DNA of 64,000 bases from Gemmatimonadales bacterium. GTDB lineage: Bacteria; Gemmatimonadota; Gemmatimonadetes; Gemmatimonadales; GWC2-71-9. Both the position numbers and the translations under genes were made by a program. The DNA lies in NCBI GenBank assembly GCA_036002655.1, contig DASYTD010000149.1:1452-65451 (forward strand), in the 5' to 3' direction. Positions 44,093-51,681 of this stretch are shown in pieces. Below the pieces are notes generated by a model that saw nothing but the letters and a program-made list of their open reading frames with translations, was not told the DNA's origin and searched no databases. Numbering within the stretch: position 1 is the first letter of the stretch; every line of letters starts with the position of its first letter.

Positions 44093-44605
44093 TTAAGTGG
44101 TCAGAATCGGGCCCAACAGTGCTGCCACGTCCAGGACGATGAACACTGCACCGTTGCGTCGCCCGACGGCTCGCACCAGCGTCGGGTCGACGCCGGGAAG
44201 CGTCTTCCGATCTTCCAGCGTCGTGTCCCCCGCCGCCAGCATGTCCATCACCTCGTCAACCGTAAAGCCAATCATCTTCCGATCGTTCCCCTCTTTGGCG
44301 ACTTCGAAGATGATCGTCGAACCCAATGCGGGCTCGGAGATTGATGCCGGGACGGAGGGGCCTGCGGTGGGACTGGCCGGGGAGGGATCCTGCCCCAGCG
44401 CACGCCACCCTTCCACGACCGTCACCAGTGTGCCGCGGACATTCACGAGCCCCGCGACGACCGGGGGCGCGCCCGGGATACGCGTCGTTGGGAGGCGCGG
44501 CAGGATCTCCCGCACCTGATCCACCTCGGCCGCGCACGCCAGGGCTCCCACGCGGAACACCAGCAATCGGCCGGGGGGGGCGGGGACGAGGCTTCCTTCA
44601 TTCAT
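44093..44605 (-). CDS. cheW: CheW-like protein (copy 3, with low-complexity insertion)
   Basis: Start taken at M29 (MNEGSLVPAPPGRLLVFRVGALACAAEVDQVREIL...VVAGLVNVRGTLVTVV). It overlaps the rluD 3' end by 8 nt. A Pro/Ser-rich insert DPSPASPTAGPSVPAS is present. Confidence 0.8.
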   Translation of the reverse strand: MNEGSLVPAPPGRLLVFRVGALACAAEVDQVREILPRLPTTRIPGAPPVVAGLVNVRGTLVTVVEGWRALGQDPSPASPTAGPSVPASISEPALGSTIIFEVAKEGNDRKMIGFTVDEVMDMLAAGDTTLEDRKTLPGVDPTLVRAVGRRNGAVFIVLDVAALLGPILTT

Positions 44606-45608
44606 CGGATGCGAAGAAGCCAAGATACTGCAAGGGGTTGCGCTCGGCAAGCAAATTTGCGTCACCGGCCGCCTCGGCAAGCGCGGCACGCAAATCGTCG
44701 GGCCATTCCGACGTGAGCGCCAGCGCCGCGCCCGTTACCGGATGCGCGAACGACAGCGCGGCGGCATGCAGCAGCTGTCGCGGCGCCAACGCCTCGAGCC
44801 GTTCCGCCTCGACGCGCGCCGACGGCGTGACGCGCCGGCTCCCACCGAACGTGTATTCGCGATCACCGACAATCGGGCAACCCACATGCGCGAGGTGCAC
44901 ACGGATCTGATGCGTGCGGCCCGTGCCGAGACGGACGCGCAGCAAGTCGGCGTGCGCGAACCGCGCGACGACGGCGGCATGAGTCACGGCGTGCCGCCCG
45001 CCTTCGGCGACCGTCATGCGCTTGCGCTCTTTCGGGTGACGTGCGATCGGCGCTTCGATGTCCACCGGACTCTTGCGCAGATGTCCCCAGACGAGCGCCG
45101 CGTACACACGCGTGACCTGGCGGCGTTCGATGGCGCCGGCGAGGCGCCGCTGCGCGAGATCACTCTTCGCGACGACGAGTAGCCCCGAGGTGTCGCGGTC
45201 GAGGCGGTGCACGATGCCCGGCCGGCCCTCCGTGTTGCCGCGCGACAGCTCGGTGCCCCGCCCCACGAGCACGTTCACCAGCGTGTCGTTCCAGTGCCCG
45301 GGCCCCGGGTGCACCACCAGTCCCGCCGGCTTATCGAGGACCGCGAGATGCTCGTCCTCGTACACGAAGCGCAGCTCGGCGTGAGCCGGCGCGAACGTGC
45401 GCGGTTGTTCCTCGGGGGGAAATTCGACGGAGACTTCCGCGCCGCGCTCGAGCACGGCGGATGCGCGCAGCGGCTTGCCGCCCGCGCCCCCCCTGACGCG
45501 CTTGTCGGCGATAAGTCGTCCGGCTTGTGTACGGGAAAGAGCGAGCTGGTCGGCGAGGAAGCGGTCGAGGCGTTCAGTCGTTACCACAACACAGAAAACG
45601 ATGGTCAA
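44598..45608 (-). CDS. rluD: RluA-family 23S rRNA pseudouridine synthase (RluD-like) with S4 domain
   Basis: S4 region RLDRFLADQLALSRTQAGRLI. Catalytic HRLDRDTSGLLVVAK. TGRTHQIRVH motif. The TTG start forms TTGA with the lspA stop. Confidence 0.9.
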   Translation of the reverse strand: MTIVFCVVVTTERLDRFLADQLALSRTQAGRLIADKRVRGGAGGKPLRASAVLERGAEVSVEFPPEEQPRTFAPAHAELRFVYEDEHLAVLDKPAGLVVHPGPGHWNDTLVNVLVGRGTELSRGNTEGRPGIVHRLDRDTSGLLVVAKSDLAQRRLAGAIERRQVTRVYAALVWGHLRKSPVDIEAPIARHPKERKRMTVAEGGRHAVTHAAVVARFAHADLLRVRLGTGRTHQIRVHLAHVGCPIVGDREYTFGGSRRVTPSARVEAERLEALAPRQLLHAAALSFAHPVTGAALALTSEWPDDLRAALAEAAGDANLLAERNPLQYLGFFASDE

Positions 45609-46120
45609 GGCTCCGCCGCCCGCGCCTCCTTAGCCCGTTGTTGCGCGCGGCCTTCCTGCCACAGCGACAGTCCGAGTGCGATGGCGCCGATCGTGATGGC
45701 CGAATCGGCGACGTTGAAAGTGGGCCAGCGCCAGGCGCCGAGGCCGACGTCCACGAAGTCGACGACGCCCTGCGCGCTGCGGATCCGATCGATCAGGTTG
45801 CCGACCGCGCCGCCGCACACCAGCGCGAGCGCGAGCAGCCGGAAGCGGTCGCCGGGGCGCGTGCCGCGCACCAGCGAGGCGAGCACAAACAGCGCGACGA
45901 TGGCCAGGGCGAGAAAGATCCAGCGGGAGTTTTCGCCCACATGCAGGCCGAACGCCGCGCCTTCGTTATAGACCAGCCGGAGCTGCACGACTTCGCCGAG
46001 CACCTGGAGCGGCAGGCGCCGCGCCAAGAATGCTTCCGCGATCAGCTTTGTGGCGAAATCCGCAACGACGACCGCGATTGCCGTCCCCCAAAAGAGCCGG
46101 CGCTCAGCGGCGTTTACCAT
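45605..46120 (-). CDS. lspA: lipoprotein signal peptidase II
   Basis: Start taken at M31 (MVNAAERRLFWGTAIAVVVADFATK). Motifs VYNEGAAFG, GGAVGNLIDR and FNVADSAI. Confidence 0.88.
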   Translation of the reverse strand: MVNAAERRLFWGTAIAVVVADFATKLIAEAFLARRLPLQVLGEVVQLRLVYNEGAAFGLHVGENSRWIFLALAIVALFVLASLVRGTRPGDRFRLLALALVCGGAVGNLIDRIRSAQGVVDFVDVGLGAWRWPTFNVADSAITIGAIALGLSLWQEGRAQQRAKEARAAEP

Positions 46121-46520
46121 CTTCCTCTTTGGCCTTGCACTTGATGCAGAGGCGGGCGTGCGGGAGGGCGTCGAGGCGATCAAAGCCGATGTCGTCCCCG
46201 CACTGCTCACATTTCCCGAACCGCTCGGGCGTGCCGTACAAGCGCCGCAGCGCTTCGTTCACGTGCCACAGGTACCGCCCTTCCTGCGACGCGAACAGGA
46301 ATTGTTTCTCGCGCTCCATCGCGTCGGTGCCCTGATCGGCCATGTGGAAGGAGTAGCTCGAGAGATCGCCGTCGGACGCCTGCAGGCTCGAGTTGAACGA
46401 CTCGCCATAATGGCCCAGCTCCTTGATCACGCGCGCGCGCTCTTCCAGCAGCCGCTTTTCGAGATGGGTCAGCTGCTTCTTGTTGAGCCCCTTGCTCTTC
46501 ACCTTGGACTTAGTCGGCAT
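46104..46520 (-). CDS. DksA/TraR-family C4 zinc-finger protein (YlyA-like position)
   Basis: 138 aa. A coiled-coil N-terminal half, then CEQCGDDIGFDRLDALPHARLCIKCK (CxxC-N17-CxxC). It sits between ileS and lspA, as ylyA does in Bacillus. Confidence 0.85.
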   Translation of the reverse strand: MPTKSKVKSKGLNKKQLTHLEKRLLEERARVIKELGHYGESFNSSLQASDGDLSSYSFHMADQGTDAMEREKQFLFASQEGRYLWHVNEALRRLYGTPERFGKCEQCGDDIGFDRLDALPHARLCIKCKAKEEDGKRR

Positions 46521-49500
46521 TATCGGGTCCCGCCCTTTCTTCCGTCGTGACGTCGGAGCGCAATCGTCGTCCGGCGCCCTTCGATGTCCACTTCACGTTG
46601 CAAATCGGGCTCGTCGAGCACGGCGCCCAGCACCATGCGGCGCGCCAGCGTTTCCCCTTCGACGAATCCTTGAAACGCGCGTGTCGCGGCCACCACGTCT
46701 GCGGCGCCGGCGACGCTCAGCTCGATGCGCGTCGTGAATTCGTATCCCGCCTCTTTGCGGAGGCGCTGCACGCGATTCACCACCTCGCGCGCCAGTCCTT
46801 CCTGCACCAGGTCGTCGCTCAACTCCGGATCCAACGCGACGACGTACGGCCCATCGGCCTGGACCAGCCACTCGCTGGCGACTTCGCGCGCAACCGTCAC
46901 GTCTTCGGGCCGGAACTCCCACTCACCGGATCGCACGGTTCCGCCTTGCTCCAACACTTGGAGGTCGGCGGCGCCCAGCTCCGCGACCGCGGCTGCGGCC
47001 TTCGGGGTGTCCTTGCCGTAGCGTTTCCCGAGGGTCCGAAAATTCGCTTTCCCCCGGAGCCGCACCAGGTCATGATCCGAAGCCACGACTTGCACCGCTT
47101 TTACGTTGACTTCGGCAGCCAGAATATCTAACAGGTCTGACAAGGCCGGGCCCTGGGCGGCCGCCGGAACGGCCAGCTGCATCCGAGCCAGCGGCTGGCG
47201 GACTCGCAGGTTACGCGATTCCCGTGCCGCCCGGGCCAGGGAGGCCAGCCGCCGGACCGTGCTCATGGCCGCCAGCAGCTCCGGCGCCCGGTGCCCTCGG
47301 TCCACCGGGAACGGGGCCAGATGGACGGAGGCGCCCGTCATGGCGCGGTGCACCCAATCAGCAATGAAGGGAGCCGCCGGCGCGAGCAGGCGGACGGCCG
47401 CCACCAGGGCCTCGTGCAGGGTCTCGAGCGCCACGGGATCCGTCGCCCGATCCGGCGCCCAGAAGCGCGGCCGGTTGCGGCGGATGTACCAGCGCGACAG
47501 GTCCTCGCCCACGAAGTCCATGATCGTCCGGACGCCCGCCGTGACGTCGTACGCCGACCACGACAGCCGCACGCTGCTGACGACTTCGTCGAGCCGGGCG
47601 AGCAGCCAGCGATCCGCGGCCGGCCGCTGGCTCGGCGGCGTCGCGTCCTCTTCAGCCGGTGGATGCCAGTCCTGCGCGTAGCGGCGGAAGAAATCGTACG
47701 TCGAGCGCAGCGTGTTCAGGAACCCGCCCGAAACCTCTGGAATCTGCCGCTCATCGAAACGTTTGGGGAGCCAGACTTGGCTTTGGCCGAGCAGGTAGAG
47801 CCGCACCGCGTCGGCACCGTGCTCGCCGATCACCTTCCAGGGATCGACCACGTTGCCGCGGCTCTTGGACATCTTCTGGCCGTGCACGTCGAGCACGTGC
47901 TCGTTGACGATCACGTGCTTGTAGACCAGCGCGTCGAACGCCGTGACGCCGATCGCGAGCAACGAGTAGAACCAGCCGCGGGTCTGGTCCACGCCCTCGC
48001 AGATGTAATCGGCCGGGAAATGCGCCTTGAAGTCGGCCTGATGCTCGAACGGATAATGCCACTGCGCGTACGGCATCGAGCCCGAGTCGAACCAGGCGTC
48101 GATCACCTCCGGCACGCGGCGCATCGTCCCCGCACAGTCGCCGCACCCCCAGGTGTAGGTGTCGATGTGCGGTTTGTGCGGATCGAAGCTCCCGGGCAGC
48201 TCCTTGCCCCAGCGCTGCGCCAGCTCGTCGTAAGAGCCGATGACTTCGCGATGCTCCCGGTCGGCGTCGCACTCCCAGATGTTGAGCGGCGTCCCCCAAT
48301 AGCGGTCGCGCGACAGCGCCCAGTCCACATTGTTCTCGAGCCACTCGCCGAAGCGGCCCGTCCCCACCTCGGGGGGGTGCCAATCGACTTCGGCGTTGAC
48401 CTCGAGCATCCGCGTTTTCACCGCCGTGGTACGGACGAACCACGAGCTGCGGGCGTAGTAGATCAGCGGCGAGTCGCAGCGCCAGCAGTGGGGATAGCTG
48501 TGCGAATAGGGCCTCGTCTCGAGCCAGCGCCCGTCGTGTTTCAGGCGCTCGAGGATCAGCCGGTTCGTTTCCTTATCGGTGACGAGCCTTCCTTCGATCT
48601 CCGGCCAGGTGGTGCCCCGGAAGGTGCCGTCCGGGGCGACGGGGTTCACGAACGCCAGTCCGTTCTGCTGCCCGGCGGCAAAGTCGTCGGCGCCAAATGC
48701 CGGCGCCAGGTGCACGAGACCCGTGCCCTCGTCGGCCGTGACGAATGCCCCAGCGACGATCACACCGCGTTGCCCGTCTTTGGGCAGCGGAACGACGTCG
48801 AGCGGCGGCGCGTACTTCTTGCCGACGAGGTCGCGCCCCACGTAGGTCTTGACCAGGTCTCCCTGGATGAGCGGACGACCGTGGACATGCACGTCGCCCG
48901 CGCGGGCCACCGCAGCGATATAGCGCGTGATCTTTCCCGTCTCTCCGTCCGCCAGAGCGTACTCGCCGTACTCGAGATCGGGATGTACGGCCACCGCGAT
49001 GTTGGACAGCAGCGTCCAGGGGGTCGTGGTCCAGATGACCAGCTGCCGCGGGTCGTCGTCTTTCCGGGTCTGGAGCGGGAAGGTCACGTAGACGGAATTG
49101 GTCTGGATCGTCTCGTAGCCCTGGGCCACCTCGTGCGATGACAGCGCGGTACCGCAGCGGGGGCAGTACGGCAACACTTTGTGCCCGCGGTAGAGCAGCG
49201 CTTTCTCGTACAGCCGCTTCAGCAGCCACCACACCGTCTCGATGTACGGATTGCTGTAGGTGATGTACGGGTGCTCGTAGTCGAGCCAGTAGCCGATGCG
49301 GTCCGACAGCGATTCCCAATCGGTCTTGTATTTGAACACGCTGCCCTGGCACAGCTTGTTGAAGCGCTCGATGCCGTAGGCCTCGATCTCCCGCTTGCCG
49401 CTGATGTTGAGCGCCTTCTCGACCTCGATTTCGACCGGCAGGCCGTGCGTGTCCCAGCCGGCGATGCGCGTCACGCCCTGCCCCAGCATCGCGTGATACC

Positions 49501-49711
49501 GGCAGATCAGATCTTTGAGCGTGCGCGAGAAGACGTGATGGATGCCCGGCCGGCCGTTCGCGGTGGGCGGGCCCTCAAAGAAAATGAACGGCGGACCGTA
49601 GCGCGTCGCTTCGCTGACGCGCGTGAACAGCCGCTCGTGTTTCCACGTTGCGAGCAGCTCCTTCTCCAACTCGTCGATCGACTGATTCGGATCGGAAGGC
49701 GGATACGGCAT
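46520..49711 (-). CDS. ileS: isoleucine--tRNA ligase
   Basis: 1063 aa. PPTANGRPGIHHV (HIGH region), KMSKSRGN (KMSKS), the CP1 editing region and WTTTPWTL. Confidence 0.97.
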   Translation of the reverse strand: MPYPPSDPNQSIDELEKELLATWKHERLFTRVSEATRYGPPFIFFEGPPTANGRPGIHHVFSRTLKDLICRYHAMLGQGVTRIAGWDTHGLPVEIEVEKALNISGKREIEAYGIERFNKLCQGSVFKYKTDWESLSDRIGYWLDYEHPYITYSNPYIETVWWLLKRLYEKALLYRGHKVLPYCPRCGTALSSHEVAQGYETIQTNSVYVTFPLQTRKDDDPRQLVIWTTTPWTLLSNIAVAVHPDLEYGEYALADGETGKITRYIAAVARAGDVHVHGRPLIQGDLVKTYVGRDLVGKKYAPPLDVVPLPKDGQRGVIVAGAFVTADEGTGLVHLAPAFGADDFAAGQQNGLAFVNPVAPDGTFRGTTWPEIEGRLVTDKETNRLILERLKHDGRWLETRPYSHSYPHCWRCDSPLIYYARSSWFVRTTAVKTRMLEVNAEVDWHPPEVGTGRFGEWLENNVDWALSRDRYWGTPLNIWECDADREHREVIGSYDELAQRWGKELPGSFDPHKPHIDTYTWGCGDCAGTMRRVPEVIDAWFDSGSMPYAQWHYPFEHQADFKAHFPADYICEGVDQTRGWFYSLLAIGVTAFDALVYKHVIVNEHVLDVHGQKMSKSRGNVVDPWKVIGEHGADAVRLYLLGQSQVWLPKRFDERQIPEVSGGFLNTLRSTYDFFRRYAQDWHPPAEEDATPPSQRPAADRWLLARLDEVVSSVRLSWSAYDVTAGVRTIMDFVGEDLSRWYIRRNRPRFWAPDRATDPVALETLHEALVAAVRLLAPAAPFIADWVHRAMTGASVHLAPFPVDRGHRAPELLAAMSTVRRLASLARAARESRNLRVRQPLARMQLAVPAAAQGPALSDLLDILAAEVNVKAVQVVASDHDLVRLRGKANFRTLGKRYGKDTPKAAAAVAELGAADLQVLEQGGTVRSGEWEFRPEDVTVAREVASEWLVQADGPYVVALDPELSDDLVQEGLAREVVNRVQRLRKEAGYEFTTRIELSVAGAADVVAATRAFQGFVEGETLARRMVLGAVLDEPDLQREVDIEGRRTTIALRRHDGRKGGTR

Positions 49712-50524
49712 CTAGTTCAGGCGCTCCAGCACGCCGCGCACGACGGCCGCGAGCCGCGGCTCCGTCGCGCGCGCGACGGCGATGATCTGCTCGACCGACG
49801 TCGGCTCGAGCGCGTCGGGGAGGCAGTTGTCCGTGATGATCGAGAGACCGAGCACGCGCATGCCTTGATGCACGGCGGTGATGACTTCGGGCACGGTGCT
49901 CATCCCGACGAGATCCGCGCCCATCGCCCGCAGCATGCGGTACTCGGCGCGGGTCTCGAGGTTCGGGCCCGGCACCGCGACGTACACGCCTTCGCGCAAC
50001 AGGATCTTGTGCTCGAGCGCCACCGCGCGCGCGAGCTTGCGCAATTCCGGATCATACGCGGCCGACATGTCGGGGAAGCGCGGGCCTTCGGCGTCGACAT
50101 TCGCGCCGACCAGCGGATTGTCGCCGAGCAGGTTGATGTGATCGGAGAGCAAGACCAGATCGCCCGTGGCCCACAGCGGATGCATGCCGCCGGACACGTT
50201 GGACACGATCAGCGTCTTCGCCCCCAGCGCGCGGAGGACGCGGACCGGAAACGCCACCTGCTGGAGCGTGTAGCCCTCGTAGCGATGGAAGCGGCCTTGC
50301 AGGATCGCGACGCGGCGGCCGCCGAGCGTCCCCAGCAACAGCCGGCCGGCATGCGTTTCGACCGTGGGCTGCGCAAAACCAGGGATCTCGGGATACGGGA
50401 TAGTCGCGTCGGCACGCAGCTCATCGGCGAGAGCGCCGAGGCCGGTGCCGAGAATGATTCCGACCTCCGGAACGAGCGCAGCCCGCGCCTGCACGGCGCG
50501 GACCGCATCGGCAACGCTCGTCAC
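49712..50524 (-). CDS. purine nucleoside phosphorylase (trimeric PNP/PunA type)
   Basis: 270 aa. GIILGTGLG, HAGRLLLGTLGGRRVAILQGRFHRYEGY, VSNVSGG and GMSTVPEV are typical of the PNP/MTAP family. Confidence 0.9.
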   Translation of the reverse strand: MTSVADAVRAVQARAALVPEVGIILGTGLGALADELRADATIPYPEIPGFAQPTVETHAGRLLLGTLGGRRVAILQGRFHRYEGYTLQQVAFPVRVLRALGAKTLIVSNVSGGMHPLWATGDLVLLSDHINLLGDNPLVGANVDAEGPRFPDMSAAYDPELRKLARAVALEHKILLREGVYVAVPGPNLETRAEYRMLRAMGADLVGMSTVPEVITAVHQGMRVLGLSIITDNCLPDALEPTSVEQIIAVARATEPRLAAVVRGVLERLN

Positions 50525-50991
50525 CCGCGCTGACCGTCGAGCGCGCGCAGCTCGGCGAGCTGACGCTCGAGCAGGGCGCGGAACCCGCCGACGTACTGCT
50601 GGAACTGGCGCTCGGTCTCCGCCATGCGCACCTGTACGGCGCTTTCGGCATTCTTCGCTTCGTCGAGCAGCCGCTTGGCTTCCGCCTGCGCCTCGCGCAC
50701 GATCACCTGCCCCTCACGCTCGGCGGCGGCGCGCGTCTCCTGGCGCAGCTGCTGCGCCGCGACCAGCGCTTCGTTCATCGCCTTCTCGCGCTCGCGGAAC
50801 ACCCGCAGCTGCTCGGTCAACGCGGAGACGCGCTCCTCGAGCACCTGGCGCTCGCGAATCGCGCGCTCGAGCGCGTCGGCGACGCGGATGCGAAAATCCT
50901 CGACGCCCAACGTGTCGTAGCCGCGCAGGGTTTTGCGGAATTCCTGCTTGCGGATATCGAGCGGCGTCAGCGTGAAGGCGTCGTCGCTCAC
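50521..50991 (-). CDS. divIVA: DivIVA domain protein
   Basis: Start taken at V37 of ORF 50521..51099; this GTG forms GTGA with the yggS stop. FTLTPLDIRKQEFRKTLRGYDTLGVEDF is the canonical DivIVA N-terminal lipid-binding motif. A long coiled coil follows. Confidence 0.85.
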   Translation of the reverse strand: MSDDAFTLTPLDIRKQEFRKTLRGYDTLGVEDFRIRVADALERAIRERQVLEERVSALTEQLRVFREREKAMNEALVAAQQLRQETRAAAEREGQVIVREAQAEAKRLLDEAKNAESAVQVRMAETERQFQQYVGGFRALLERQLAELRALDGQRG

Positions 50992-51656
50992 GTTTCCCTC
51001 GGGCCGAACAGCGCTGTACCCAAGCGGATCACCGTTGCTCCCTCCGCGACCGCCGTAGCGTAGTCGCCGGACATCCCCATCGAGAGGGTCGGCAGCCATA
51101 GCCCTTCCTCCTCCTTGATCCGATCGCGCAGGACGCGCAGTCCCCGGAATGTCCGGCGCTGCACATCCACGTCATCCGTCAACGGAGCCAACGTCATCAG
51201 TCCCTCTAGGCGCAGGTGGCCGAGCGCGGCGATCTGCCGCGCTAACCCCGTCGCCTCCTCCGGCGTGCAGCCGCTCTTCTGCGTCTCGCCCGCCACGTTC
51301 ACCTGTAAGAGCACGCGCAAACCCGCAGCGCGTTGGTTGAGCTCATTTGCAAGGTCCAACGAATCCACTGAATGCACCAATGCAAATCGACCGGGCACCA
51401 GCCGAGCCTTGTTGCGCTGCAGATGCCCAATCAGGTGCCACCGCACACCGGTCAGATCGCGCAGGGAATCCTGTTTTTGTACCGCTTCCTGCACACGGTT
51501 CTCACCGATGTCGGCAATGCCGGCAGCCACGGCGGCGTGAACCGCGTCGGCTCCAAAGCCCTTCGTCACCGCGACGATCATGACCGGCTGCGAGGTCCGT
51601 CGCGCGAGCTCGGCCCTCACCTGGGCCAAACGCTCCGGGAGGGCCTCGAAACTCAT
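50988..51656 (-). CDS. yggS: YggS-family pyridoxal-phosphate homeostasis protein
   Basis: 222 aa. VAVTKGF (PLP Lys), WHLIGHLQRNK and LSMGMSGDY motifs. Confidence 0.9.
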   Translation of the reverse strand: MSFEALPERLAQVRAELARRTSQPVMIVAVTKGFGADAVHAAVAAGIADIGENRVQEAVQKQDSLRDLTGVRWHLIGHLQRNKARLVPGRFALVHSVDSLDLANELNQRAAGLRVLLQVNVAGETQKSGCTPEEATGLARQIAALGHLRLEGLMTLAPLTDDVDVQRRTFRGLRVLRDRIKEEEGLWLPTLSMGMSGDYATAVAEGATVIRLGTALFGPRET

Positions 51657-51681
51657 AGCCTGGGAATATAGGGCCTAGCGG

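Noticed and set aside
49700-49725. T-box or attenuator leader upstream of ileS.
   Set aside because: The PNP stop codon abuts the ileS start with a 0-nt gap, which leaves no room for a leader RNA.
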